Of a stretch of 51,668 bases of DNA, positions 38,906 through 48,827 are shown piece by piece. Each line of letters opens with the position of its first letter. The first letter of the stretch is position 1. The position numbers and the translations under genes are program-made. Below the pieces are notes generated by a model that was not told the origin of the DNA, made no database searches, and worked only from the letters and a program-made list of their open reading frames with translations. Source of the DNA: Myxococcota bacterium (lineage in GTDB: Bacteria; Myxococcota_A; UBA9042; PHBI01; JAWLBL01); NCBI GenBank assembly GCA_041687695.1, contig JAWLBL010000002.1:1-51668 (forward strand). Reading direction: 5' to 3'.

Positions 38906-40237
38906 TCAGCCCCGCTCGCGCAGGCGCTCGGCCAGGTCGGGGAGGGGGCTGTAGACGTAGGCCTTGCTGCGGCGGGTCTTGTCGAAGAGATCGCGCGCGA
39001 CGAGCTGTTCCAGGTCGTTGCGGGCGGTCTGCAGGGCGACGTTGTGCCAGGCGCGGTGGCTCTCGGCGGTGTATTCGGTGTCGGGGTGGGTGAGGGCGTG
39101 CTGGACGAGGGCGACCTGGCGGTGGTTCAGGTCGCGGCTGCCGCGCAGGGTGCGGCGAAGCGCTTGCTGTTCCGCCAGCTTGCGGTCCAGGTAGACATGC
39201 AGGTCCTCGATGGCCCGCTTGATGACGCCGAGCTGGTGGATGAGGAAGTAGGTCGTGTCGTTGTCGTCCGTCTCGGTCAGCAGGAAGGCGCGGCCGTACT
39301 GGGCCGGGGCGCCCTCGAGGATGCGCGAGATCGACAGGAACTCGGCGAGCCAGAAGCCCTGCTTCAGCATCGACCAATAGAAGAGGGCGCGCGCTGTGCG
39401 TCCGTTGCCGTCGACGAATGGGTGGTCGTAGGCCAGCCAGAAGTGCAGGAGGATGGCGCGGACCACCGGAGGCACGTAGTAGCCGGGGCTCTCGCCGTTG
39501 GCGAAGGCGCACATGGCCTCGAGGCGCTCGGGCAAGGTCTCGGCGGGCGGTGGACGGTGCAGGACCTCGCCATAGGGATCGACCACCTCGACCCCTTCGT
39601 CGGACCGGCGCAGGCGCCCGGCGGCGTCGGCTTTGTCCAGCGTCTCCTCGGTCAAGATGGCCTGCAGGCGACAGACCAGCGCTGGCGTCAGCGGCTCGTC
39701 CAGCAGCTCGCGGATGTGCTGCATGGCCCGGAAGTTGTTGAGGATCATCCGCTCGTCGACCGTCCGCGGCGCGCGCCGGGTGCGGATCATCTCCTTGGCG
39801 ACCTCGCGGGTCGTCGCCGCGCCCTCGAGCTGGCTGGACGTGATGGCCTCCTCCAGCAGCGAGCGCTGCAGGTACTGGTCGCGGGTCGCGGCGTTGGTCA
39901 CCGCTTCGGTGCGCGCGATCTCGCCAGCGGCGTTCCGGTCGACGTACGCCAGGCCTTCGAGGACCTCGTCGGGAACACCGAACACGAACCGCCGTCCCTG
40001 AGCATCGCGCAGCGGCAGGGGGCGTGAGTTGAGGCCGCGACCGATCTTCAAGGCCGCCCAGAAGGTCTCGCGCGTCATCCCGGCCGGAGGCGGCCGCCGC
40101 CGCACCTCATCCCAGTGCCGGTAGGGATGTCGCGTCCCCTCGTCCAGCCAAGCGGTCATGGCCTCGAACAGCTCGCCAAGGACCTCGGGCTGACCCAGCA
40201 AGGGCTCTAGATCGGGGGGGCGAGCAGGGATCTTCAC
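38906..40237 (-). CDS. Fic family protein with a C-terminal winged HTH, 443 aa
   Basis: Canonical HPFVDGNGRTAR, SSQLEG inhibitory-type motif, C-terminal TARNDLEQLV. Confidence 0.93.
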   Translation of the reverse strand: MKIPARPPDLEPLLGQPEVLGELFEAMTAWLDEGTRHPYRHWDEVRRRPPPAGMTRETFWAALKIGRGLNSRPLPLRDAQGRRFVFGVPDEVLEGLAYVDRNAAGEIARTEAVTNAATRDQYLQRSLLEEAITSSQLEGAATTREVAKEMIRTRRAPRTVDERMILNNFRAMQHIRELLDEPLTPALVCRLQAILTEETLDKADAAGRLRRSDEGVEVVDPYGEVLHRPPPAETLPERLEAMCAFANGESPGYYVPPVVRAILLHFWLAYDHPFVDGNGRTARALFYWSMLKQGFWLAEFLSISRILEGAPAQYGRAFLLTETDDNDTTYFLIHQLGVIKRAIEDLHVYLDRKLAEQQALRRTLRGSRDLNHRQVALVQHALTHPDTEYTAESHRAWHNVALQTARNDLEQLVARDLFDKTRRSKAYVYSPLPDLAERLRERG

Positions 40238-40265
40238 GGTGTGTCCAGCCTTCGCTGCTACCAGC

Positions 40266-40296
40266 TTTCTGCTAATTTGTTACCAATTAGCAGAAA
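40266..40296. promoter_or_regulatory. AT-rich perfect 12-bp inverted repeat upstream of fic, probable operator
   Basis: TTTCTGCTAATT-tgttacc-AATTAGCAGAAA, 29-59 bp before the GTG start. Confidence 0.65.
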
Positions 40297-40434
40297 AGTG
40301 CAAGGTCGCGGTGAGGGCGTGGGCACGCTCGTCAGCGCCTCCGCGGACGCGCAAGGCAGTCGCTCGCGCGGTTGGGGGCCGTGAGGTCCCACTTCGTCGC
40401 GGCGCCGGCCGGGTCGAACGCGGGGGGCGGGGCG

Positions 40435-41046
40435 TCAGGGCTGCTCGGGGTCGGGGGAGTCGGCGGCAGGGGTGGGCATCCACCAGCGCGAGAGATCGAG
40501 CTCGAGCGCCTCGAAGGGGGCGAGCCGGACCGGGGCGTCGCCCTCGTGGACCCCGAGCAGCAGCCAGGCGCCGTCGACCAGGCGGTAGACCTCGACCAGG
40601 CGCTCGATGGGGTCGACCAGCCAGGCGTAGCCGACGCCTTCGCGGGCGTAGATGGGCATCTTGCGGACGCGGTCGCGGGACTCCTGGCGGGGAGACAGGA
40701 TCTCGCAGATCCAGTCGGGCGCTTGGGTCCAGTGGGCCGCGTCGGTGAGCTCGGACAGGCCCTCGAGGCGCCAGCCCGCCAGATCCGGCACCAGCACGTC
40801 ACGGCCCAGGTGCAGCTCGGGCTCGTAGGAGATCCACCATCCTCCGGGCCGGCCGGGGCGCACGGGACCGTCGTAGTCGCGAAGATCCTGAATGATGGCC
40901 GTGCCGGCCCTCGCGTGGGCCCGGGCCGGCCTGGGCGAGGTGACCAGCTCCCCGCCGATCAGCTCGGCGACCCGGTGATCCGGGACGGCCAGGAGATCTT
41001 CGTAGGTCGCCTCGCGAGGTCGGTGGATTTCGTGGAAGCCGGCCAT
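40435..41046 (-). CDS. Uma2 family (DUF820) endonuclease, copy 1
   Basis: AELIGGEL..SPRP..AH, EPELHL, VPDLAGW, PDWICEILSP, DR..K..IYAREGV..AWLVDP. Confidence 0.92.
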   Translation of the reverse strand: MAGFHEIHRPREATYEDLLAVPDHRVAELIGGELVTSPRPARAHARAGTAIIQDLRDYDGPVRPGRPGGWWISYEPELHLGRDVLVPDLAGWRLEGLSELTDAAHWTQAPDWICEILSPRQESRDRVRKMPIYAREGVGYAWLVDPIERLVEVYRLVDGAWLLLGVHEGDAPVRLAPFEALELDLSRWWMPTPAADSPDPEQP

Positions 41047-41115
41047 GGTGCGCTCCTTGGTGCCGCAGGGACACTGTAACGCACGGGCGGGGCGGACCGA
41101 AGGGCGGACCCCGGG

Positions 41116-42569
41116 TCAGGCCCCGCAGCAGCGCTTGTGCTCGAGGCCCGAGCCGCAGGGGCAGGGGGCGTTGCGGCTGACCTTGGGCTCCTCGCGGCGG
41201 ACGGGGGTGCGGGTGAGGCGCCGAACGCTGGCGAGGGCTTCGAGCCACGGCCAGGCGAGGTCGGGGTGCCAGGGGCGGGCGGTCGCCTCGAGGTCGCGCT
41301 CGGGCTGGTAGAGGTCGCGGGGCGCGGCGCGGGCGAGCCAGCCCATGGCGAACGGCAGGTGGGTCGAGATGTGGTCGTTGCGGAAGGCGAACTCCGGGCG
41401 ATTGACCCAGGCGCTGCGCGTGCGGCGGACCAGCGCGCGGCCCTCGCGGGTCTGGCAGGCCAGGCGGTCGCCCTTTTCGCTGCCGGTGGCCGGGACGGGC
41501 GTGCCGGGTGGTTGGCCCAGCCGCCAGAAGGTCAGGTCGGTCTCGACCCGGTCTTCGTTGGACGCCACCCTGGAGCGGGTGCCTTTGGGGAAGTCCACGC
41601 CGTAGCCGAGGCCCATCAGGATGGCGGCGAGGGCGGTCGCGTGCACGGCGGGTGGGGCGCCCTCGGTGCCGAGGGCGGCGATGCGTTCGAGGGCGGCGAG
41701 GACGTCGGGGCGCGCGGCGCCGACGCGGGTGCCGAAGAAGGCCAGGGCCCAGACGCGAGCGGTGCCTTCGGGGAAGGTCGCGGCGTAGGCCTCGGCGCCC
41801 GCGGCGAGCGGGACGCGGTCGCGCCAGGGGACCCGCGCGGTGAGCCAGAGCGCGCGGGCCGTGGTGGGCCACAGGCCGCCCACCATCAGGTCGAACATGC
41901 CCGTCTCGAGCATCTCGCTGTCGCGGGCCACCAGGTGCGCCAGCGAGTCGGGCTCCGCCGCGCCGAGCAGGACCGCGAAGTGACCGACCGCCCACTCGGC
42001 CTTCCAGACCTCGTGCAGGTGGTCGGCCTCGCGCGAGGTGAGGCGCCCGCGGCGCGGCAGCAGGCGGCCGCTCTCGAGCAGCAGGCGAATGCGCCGGGCC
42101 GAGACGTCGAACAGCTGGACGGTGAGCGGCCTGACGAGCAGGTTCGCGACCGGCAGCAGCTCGTCCATCTGCTCGCGCGAGACAAGGTGGGCGTCGTTCA
42201 GCAGGGCCTGCCAGAGCCGGTCGAACGAGCGCTTGTCCTTCGTGAACGCCTCGCCCTTGTCCAGCGCGGCCTCGAGGCGCTCGTGTTTGCGCGACAGCGC
42301 GCGCAGCTGGCGCGGCTCAAGGTCCAGCAGCCGCCCGGGACCATCCCGGCGCCCAGGCAGGTGATGAAGTTGCCCTGCCGGTCGACGATGACCCAGGGCG
42401 GCTGGCCGCTGTGGTCGAGCGCGATGGCCACCCGCTCGAACCGGTCCGGCGGCGCGGCCTCGTGCAGCAGGAACCGCACCAGCTCGGGGTTGCGATACAG
42501 GCTCAGCGCCAGGTCCATGTGGACCATCGACACTCGCTCGAGCCGCTCGAGGAAGTGGATGTCGTCCAT
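41116..42569 (-). pseudogene. SEC-C motif protein split by a 1-nt frameshift near 42310 (pseudogene or sequencing error)
   Basis: C-terminal RNAPCPCGSGLEHKRCC. The 5' frame (MDDIHFLERL...FITCLGAGM...WTLSRA) continues as QLRALSRKHERLE...EQMDELL in another frame. Confidence 0.75.
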
Positions 42570-42644
42570 GCCCCCATGTTGACCCAGCCCGCCCAGCCCT
42601 TCAAGGCGACCACAGCCGGCGGCGAGGTGGAGCGAGGCCGGGCG

Positions 42645-42672
42645 TTGACTTCGCGGGGGGGCGGGCTATGGT
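42645..42672 (+). promoter_or_regulatory. Possible sigma70-type promoter
   Basis: TTGACT-N16-TATGGT about 220 bp upstream of the glutamate-synthase-family gene. Confidence 0.4.
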
Positions 42673-42894
42673 CCGCTTCACCATGGATGGCTAACGACAC
42701 ACCCTCGCTCCAGCTTCGCGTCTTCGGCGCGCGGTGGGGGGGCGGTCGGGTGTGGCCTTGGGGAAGCGGTTCGGCGGGGTCCACAGGGTCCGCGCGCCCG
42801 GTGGTCGGGCGAGCGGGGGGACGCCGCGCGGGGTTCGTCTCTGCATGGGGGGGGCGGCGGCCGAAGGGGCCGCGCGCCGTCCCGGAGGTGCGTC

Positions 42895-44472
42895 ATGGCG
42901 CGTCGGCGCGTGTTCGAGTTGGCGGCGTTCGTGCTCGGGTTCACGGCGATCGTGACGGTCAGCGGGTTGGTCGCCAAGTGGCTCTGGTTCCTGGTGCTGC
43001 CGCTGGTCGCGCTGGCGGTGGCCGACGTGACGCAGCGCAAGCGGTCGCTGCTGCGCAACTACCCGGTGGTCGGACACCTGCGCTACCTGCTCGAGCGCAT
43101 CCGGCCCGAGGTGCGGCAGTACTTCGGCGAGAGCGATCTGGATGGCCGCCCGCTCGACCGCGAGACGCGCTCGCTGGTCTACCAGCGGGCCAAGGGCGAG
43201 CTGCAGACCGTGCCCTTCGGCACCAAGCGGGATCTGTCGGTCGCGGGCGCCGAGTGGATCCCCCACGCGATGGCGCCCGCGCCGCGCCTGGACATCGAGC
43301 CGCGCCTGCGCGTCGGCGGCCCTCAGTGCGCGCGGCCCTACGAGGCCTCGCGCCTCAACATCGCCCCCATGAGCTACGGCGCCCTCAGCGCCACCGCCAT
43401 CGCGGCCTTGAACCGCGGCGCCCGCCTGGGCGGCTTCGCCCACAACACCGGCGAGGGCGGCCTCAGCCCGCACCACCTGGCCTACGGCGGCGACCTCATC
43501 TGGCAGATCGGCACCGGCTACTTCGGCTGCCGCACCCCCGACGGCCGCTTCGACCCGCGCCGCTTCGCCGACGTCGCCACCATCCCCGCCGTCAAGATGG
43601 TCGAGCTCAAGCTCTCGCAGGGCGCCAAGCCCGGCTACGGCGGCATCCTGCCCGCCAAGAAGCTCACCCCCGAGATCGCCCGCCTGCGCGGGGTCCCGCT
43701 GGGCCAGGCCTGCGTGTCGCCCGCCGGGCACTCGGCCTTCTCCACCCCCGGCGAGCTGCTCGAGCTGGTCGCCTGGATGCGCGAGCTGTCGGGCGGCAAG
43801 CCGGTCGGCCTCAAGCTGTGCGTCGGCCGCCCCCAGGACCTCTTCGCCCTGTGCAAGGCCATGCTGTCGACCGGCCTGCGGCCCGACTTCATCAGCGTCG
43901 ACGGCGCCGAGGCCGGCACCGGCGCCGCCCCGCTCGAGTTCGCCAACCACGTGGGCTTCCCCCTGGCCGAGGGCCTGCGCGTGGTCGACGCGGGCCTGCG
44001 CGGGGTGGGCCTGCGCGACGACGTGCGGGTCTTCGCCTCGGGCCGCGTCGCCACCGGCTTCGATCTGTTCCGCGCCATCGCCCTGGGCGCCGACGGCGCC
44101 TTCGCCGGCCGCGCCATGATGCTGGCCCTGGGCTGCATCCAGGCCCTGCGCTGCCACTCCAACGACTGCCCGGTCGGCGTGGCCACCCAGGACCAGCGCC
44201 TCGCCTCGGCCCTCGACCCGGCCGACAAGGGCGAGCGGGTCCACCGCTACCACGCCGAGACCATCGCCAGCCTGCTGGCCCTGACCGCCGCCGCCGGCCT
44301 GTCCGGCCCCGAGCACATCGGCCCCGAGCACATCGTGCGCCGCACCGCCAACGGCGCCGTGGTGCCGCTGAGCCTGCTCTACCCGCCCGTCAAGGAGGGC
44401 GCCTTCCTGGCGGGGCAGCTGCCGGCGGACTGGGGCGGCGAGTGGCACCGCGCCCGCGCCGACGCCTTCTGA
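42895..44472 (+). CDS. FMN-binding glutamate synthase family protein (stand-alone, membrane-anchored), 525 aa
   Basis: LLRNYPVVGH, MSYGALS, HNTGEGG, WQIGTGYFGCR, ELKLSQGAKPG, DGAEAGTGAAP, CIQALRCHSNDCPVG Fe-S motif; GGAGG RBS. Confidence 0.93.
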   Translation: MARRRVFELAAFVLGFTAIVTVSGLVAKWLWFLVLPLVALAVADVTQRKRSLLRNYPVVGHLRYLLERIRPEVRQYFGESDLDGRPLDRETRSLVYQRAKGELQTVPFGTKRDLSVAGAEWIPHAMAPAPRLDIEPRLRVGGPQCARPYEASRLNIAPMSYGALSATAIAALNRGARLGGFAHNTGEGGLSPHHLAYGGDLIWQIGTGYFGCRTPDGRFDPRRFADVATIPAVKMVELKLSQGAKPGYGGILPAKKLTPEIARLRGVPLGQACVSPAGHSAFSTPGELLELVAWMRELSGGKPVGLKLCVGRPQDLFALCKAMLSTGLRPDFISVDGAEAGTGAAPLEFANHVGFPLAEGLRVVDAGLRGVGLRDDVRVFASGRVATGFDLFRAIALGADGAFAGRAMMLALGCIQALRCHSNDCPVGVATQDQRLASALDPADKGERVHRYHAETIASLLALTAAAGLSGPEHIGPEHIVRRTANGAVVPLSLLYPPVKEGAFLAGQLPADWGGEWHRARADAF

Positions 44473-44882
44473 TCCGACCCGTGCGGATGCCGAGAGGCTG
44501 GCCCTCCCGCACCCAAGCGCCGGCATGGCCGGCGCGCTCCATGGCGGCGGCAAGGCCTGCGCGGGGCTCAGCGACGTACTGCGCGCCCGGGTGTCGTTCC
44601 GCCGCCGCAGGCGGCTGTGGACCGCGCAGGCCGTGCCTGCGCTGTGCGATGTTCGCGCCTCCTCGGCATCCGCGCGTTCCACAGCGCCGGGGCCCAACCC
44701 CGTGGCGCCAAGCGGGAGCCTGATCCGAGCTCGCTCGCGTGGTAGCGTGGGCGCCGACTCGGGCCCGGCCTCCTGCGCCGCACACGCGACACGCTCCGAT
44801 CGGCGGGAACTCTGGGCCCGGGGCGCTGTCCGACTGGCCCCGACATGGCCCCGACCCCTCTCGACCGCTCTCAGGTACGTCC

Positions 44883-47800
44883 ATGCTCCGCGCCCTGCTC
44901 CCCTGGCTGACGCTCCCGCTCGCTGCCCTGGCCCCGCTCGCCGCCTGCGGCGGCGCCTCGACCGACGATCCGCCGGGCGGCGGCGGCGACGAGGTGGTCG
45001 CCGAGACCTTCGCCCTGGACGGCGTCCTGCTGATGCATCACCAGGTCTACGAGCGCATCGGCCAGGGCAACGCCGAGCGCGCCATCGCGCGCCTGTACCT
45101 GCTCGACCCCAACACCGGCGCCCTGTCGCCCCGCGCCTGGGACGCCCGCCACCGCGCCGGCTGGGCGGTCTCGCCCGACGGGCGCTTCGTCGCCTACCGC
45201 GAGCCCGACGGCCGCGACACGCGAGACCTGGTGCTGCTGCGCGTCGGCTTCGACGCCGAGCAGCGCCCGACCCTGACCGAGGTGCGTCGCTGGGACACCA
45301 CCGGCCCGCGCCACGAGGACACCGACCGCTGGCTGCTCGCCTTCAGCGGCGACGGGCGGCGCCTTCACACCGAGCGGCAGTGGCTGGACCCCGAGGCCGA
45401 CCAGGTCCTGCTGGACTGCGCCGATCACGTGCAGGGCGAAGATCGGCTGCACCTGTCTCCGCTGCCCGACGGCCGCCACTTCGTCTGCGTGGACGGCAGC
45501 TCGTCCGCCGCCTCGGTGCTGTTCGACGACGGTGTCGCGCTGGTGCTGCCCCTGGGCGACGTCGGCGGCGGCTTCAGCGCCGACGGGCAGCTGTGGGGGC
45601 CACGGCTGCACGTGCCCAGCCGCACCTTGGGCGACCGAGACGCCTTCGCGGGCAGCTACGCCACCTGGGGCCCGGCCGTCCCCTGGCCCGAGCTGGGCGG
45701 CCTGCACGCGTCGAGCGGCTGGCAGGGCACCGGGTGGAGCGCCGAGGTGGGCACCGGCGCCGGCGGCATCCCGGTCCAGGTGTGCAACTCCCAGACCTCG
45801 GCCGATCGGCCCGAGGCCCTCAGCGGCTACGACTGGGCCGACAACTTCGCGCAGCGGACCATGCTGCCCACCCTCGCCTTCGAGGCCCCCGGCCAGGCGC
45901 TGCCCCCCATCGTCGCCCAGCTCGACGGCGAGCACCGCGCCTGGGAGCTCATCGGGGTGGTCGGCCCCCCCGAGCGCCGCGAGGCGATCTACGACCTCGA
46001 GGGCCGCGACTGGGTGCCCGGCTGCCCGCCGCACTCGACGGTGGTCGACCGGCGCTTCGTGGGCGTCGACCTGACCACGGGCGACGTGCGGCAGGTCGAC
46101 CTGCACACCCTGGCGCCGGGCGTGTTCACCTCGGGCGGCTACCGGGTCCTGCCCTTCGGCGCCTCGGGCTGGGTGGCCGTCCACGATCGGCTGGGCCAGA
46201 TCGCCGGCCATGACGACCAGCCCTTCGTCTTCGACCGCCCGGCGCGGCTGACCGACGACAACGCCTTCCTGCTGAGCCCGGTGCTGTGGGATCCGGTCCA
46301 GGGGGCCGAGGCGATGCGCGTGTGCGTGCAGCCGGCCCGCCCCGGCGCGACCCGCCACTGCATGGACCACCCCTCGCAGGGCGAGCCGGTGGCCATCGTC
46401 GGCCAGGGGACGCACCCCGCGCACCCCACGGGGCCGCCGCGCCTGCTGGCCCGCTCGCAGGTGGCCGCCTACGAGGGGCAGACGGTGACCCTCACCGGTG
46501 TCCGCTTCGGCGCTTCTGGCACGGTGACCCTGGGCGGCCAGCCGGTGCCCGAGGGCAACGTGCTGTCCTGGAGCGACACCCGCATCGCGCTGCGATCGGA
46601 CGCCGCGCTGCCGCCCGCGGGGCCGCTGGTGGTGCAGACCGCCGACGGCAGCTCCGAGGCGGGCTTCGGGCTGTGGTTTCACCCGACCCCGCTGGTGCAG
46701 AGCCCGCTGGGCGAGGCGCCCGCCGCCGCGTTCACCGTCGCGCAGGGCCTGAGCGCCGTGGATCTAGGCGAGGTCGAGGCCGCGCACCTGAGCGCGCCGC
46801 CCGGGCTGGTGCTGGACCCGGAGGTGCGAACGGAGGACGGGCGCTACGTCGTCTACGCCGGTCCGGTGACCGCGCCCATGCCGGTGCAGATCACCGTCCA
46901 CGGCGGGCCCGAGGGCGCCTATTCGCGCGCGCTGACCGGCACGCACCTGCCGGGGCTGGCGTCCACCGACGGCGTGTGGCAGCCGGTCGCGCCGGTGGTC
47001 AAGACCGCCGCGCCGCTCGGCTTTCGGCCGCTGGCCGGCCAGCCGGTCGAGGTGGGCGACCTGACCGCGCCCGTGCTGACCGAGGCGGGCCTCGTCAACC
47101 CCAAGCTGCAGGTGTCGCTGCCCAAGGTGAACCCCTGGTTCGAGACCCCGGACGGGGCGCTGTACATGGGGACCTCGCTCACCGCGATGCGCCCCTGGCA
47201 CCGGATCACCGAGGTGCACGCCGACGGCACGGTCACCGAGGCGCCGCTCGGGCTGTCGATCCACAGCCACCTGTCCTGGGCGGCCGCGCTGGACGATCGG
47301 GTCCTGTTCACCGGCATGGGCCCCGAGGCCGACTCGGGTGCCGCCTTCGCCCTGTACCGGCTGCAGCCCGGCCAGGACCCGACCCTGGTCGCCGAGGGCG
47401 GCGCGCCGGAGGTCACGCGCTTCGAGCAGGCCATCGCGGTCGAGCGGCAGGGCGCGCCCTACTTCCTGGTCTTCGCCCGAGGGACCACCGACGCCTTCTA
47501 CGCCCTGAGCCCCGAGGGCGAGCTGCTGGCCGACTTCGCCCCGGCCATGAGCGACAGCCTGCCCAGCGCCTGGGGCGAGCTGCTGGCCGCCAGCGGCCCG
47601 GTGGTGGTGGCGCTGCAGGGCGGCTCGCCCAAGGTCGCGGTGCGCCTGGACCTGGACGCGGCCACGCCGGACTGGCAGCCCCTGGTCCCCCCGGCCCTCG
47701 CCGCCGGGGCCCAGCTGGTGAGCGCGTCGGTGGACGGGCTGGGCCAGGCGATCGTGCTGGTGCTGTCGGACGGACGGCTGGTGCGCCTCACCGCCGCCGA

Positions 47801-47990
47801 CGGCTACCAGAGCCCCGAGGTCGTCGACCTGGGCGCCAGCCTGACCGCGCCCCTGTCCCTCCCCCTGACCCCCACCCCGACCGCCGCGGTGCCGCTGGAC
47901 GACGGCCGCTGGCTGCTGCACGCCGCCTTCGACGAGGCGCCCTTCTTCTCGGACCGCGAGCGGTTCGTCCTGATCACTCCGGCGCCCTGA
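44883..47990 (+). CDS. Large lipoprotein with beta-propeller-like regions and a central IPT/TIG domain, about 1035 aa
   Basis: Lipobox PLAAC, AVSPDGRFVAY and FSGDGRRL blades, GQTVTLTGVRFG..GTVTLGG...SWSDTRI. Confidence 0.75.
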   Translation: MLRALLPWLTLPLAALAPLAACGGASTDDPPGGGGDEVVAETFALDGVLLMHHQVYERIGQGNAERAIARLYLLDPNTGALSPRAWDARHRAGWAVSPDGRFVAYREPDGRDTRDLVLLRVGFDAEQRPTLTEVRRWDTTGPRHEDTDRWLLAFSGDGRRLHTERQWLDPEADQVLLDCADHVQGEDRLHLSPLPDGRHFVCVDGSSSAASVLFDDGVALVLPLGDVGGGFSADGQLWGPRLHVPSRTLGDRDAFAGSYATWGPAVPWPELGGLHASSGWQGTGWSAEVGTGAGGIPVQVCNSQTSADRPEALSGYDWADNFAQRTMLPTLAFEAPGQALPPIVAQLDGEHRAWELIGVVGPPERREAIYDLEGRDWVPGCPPHSTVVDRRFVGVDLTTGDVRQVDLHTLAPGVFTSGGYRVLPFGASGWVAVHDRLGQIAGHDDQPFVFDRPARLTDDNAFLLSPVLWDPVQGAEAMRVCVQPARPGATRHCMDHPSQGEPVAIVGQGTHPAHPTGPPRLLARSQVAAYEGQTVTLTGVRFGASGTVTLGGQPVPEGNVLSWSDTRIALRSDAALPPAGPLVVQTADGSSEAGFGLWFHPTPLVQSPLGEAPAAAFTVAQGLSAVDLGEVEAAHLSAPPGLVLDPEVRTEDGRYVVYAGPVTAPMPVQITVHGGPEGAYSRALTGTHLPGLASTDGVWQPVAPVVKTAAPLGFRPLAGQPVEVGDLTAPVLTEAGLVNPKLQVSLPKVNPWFETPDGALYMGTSLTAMRPWHRITEVHADGTVTEAPLGLSIHSHLSWAAALDDRVLFTGMGPEADSGAAFALYRLQPGQDPTLVAEGGAPEVTRFEQAIAVERQGAPYFLVFARGTTDAFYALSPEGELLADFAPAMSDSLPSAWGELLAASGPVVVALQGGSPKVAVRLDLDAATPDWQPLVPPALAAGAQLVSASVDGLGQAIVLVLSDGRLVRLTAADGYQSPEVVDLGASLTAPLSLPLTPTPTAAVPLDDGRWLLHAAFDEAPFFSDRERFVLITPAP

Positions 47991-48000
47991 GCCGGGGCGG

Positions 48001-48615
48001 TCAGGGGGCTTGGGGGTCGCTTTCGGGCTCGGGAGGCCGCCCAGGCATCCACCAGCGGGACAGGTCCAGCTCGAGCGCGTCGAAGGGGGCCAGGCGGGCC
48101 GGGGCGTCGCCTTCGTGGGAGGCGAGCAGGAGCCAGGCGCCGTCGACCAGACGGTAGACCTCGACCAGGCGCTCGAGGGGGTCGACCAGCCAGGCGTAGC
48201 CGACGCCCTCGCGGGCGTAGATGGGCATCTTGCGGACCCGGTCGCGCGAGTGCTGGCCGGGGGAGAGGATCTCGCAGATCCATTCGGGCGACTGCTGGAA
48301 GTGGGGCACGGTGGGGAACTCGGGCATGCGCTCGATACGCCAAGCCGCTAGATCGGGCACCAGCACGTCGTGACCCAGGTGGAGCTCGGGTTCGTCCACG
48401 ATCCACCACCCGCCGGGGCGACCGGGTCCCTTCGGTCCGTCCAACGGATCCAAGGCCCCACCGATGCGACTTCCGGCGCGGAGGTGCGCCGAGGCTGGGC
48501 GCGGCGAGGTGACCAGCTCCCCGCCGATCAGCTCGGCGACCCGGTGATCCGGGACGGCCAGCAGGTCTTCGTAGGTCGCCTCGCGAGGACGGTGGATTTC
48601 GTGGAAGCCGGCCAT
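48001..48615 (-). CDS. Uma2 family (DUF820) endonuclease, copy 2
   Basis: Same motifs as 40435-41046, with an identical N-terminus for about 40 residues; AAGGAG RBS. Confidence 0.92.
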   Translation of the reverse strand: MAGFHEIHRPREATYEDLLAVPDHRVAELIGGELVTSPRPASAHLRAGSRIGGALDPLDGPKGPGRPGGWWIVDEPELHLGHDVLVPDLAAWRIERMPEFPTVPHFQQSPEWICEILSPGQHSRDRVRKMPIYAREGVGYAWLVDPLERLVEVYRLVDGAWLLLASHEGDAPARLAPFDALELDLSRWWMPGRPPEPESDPQAP

Positions 48616-48740
48616 GACTCGCTCCTTGGTGCCGCTCCGACAGTGTAAGGCACGGCCGGCCGGAACCGAAGCGGGGCCCCGCGGGCGGTTCGGCTGGAAT
48701 GCTGGAATCGGCGCCGGGTTCGGGAGCGTCGCGGGTGGGG

Positions 48741-48768
48741 TTGACACCCGGCCGCGCTGCAGCATGCT
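48741..48768 (+). promoter_or_regulatory. Possible sigma70-type promoter
   Basis: TTGACA-N16-CATGCT about 60 bp upstream of ATG 48828. Confidence 0.4.
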
Positions 48769-48827
48769 CCCGCGGCCGCGACGGCGAGGGCCTCGCGGTC
48801 GGGTGGGCTCGAGGCGGGTGGTGGGCG

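Noticed and set aside
40435..48615. Composite transposon bounded by the Uma2 copies
   Set aside because: No transposase, terminal inverted repeats or target duplication were seen; kept only as a duplication finding.
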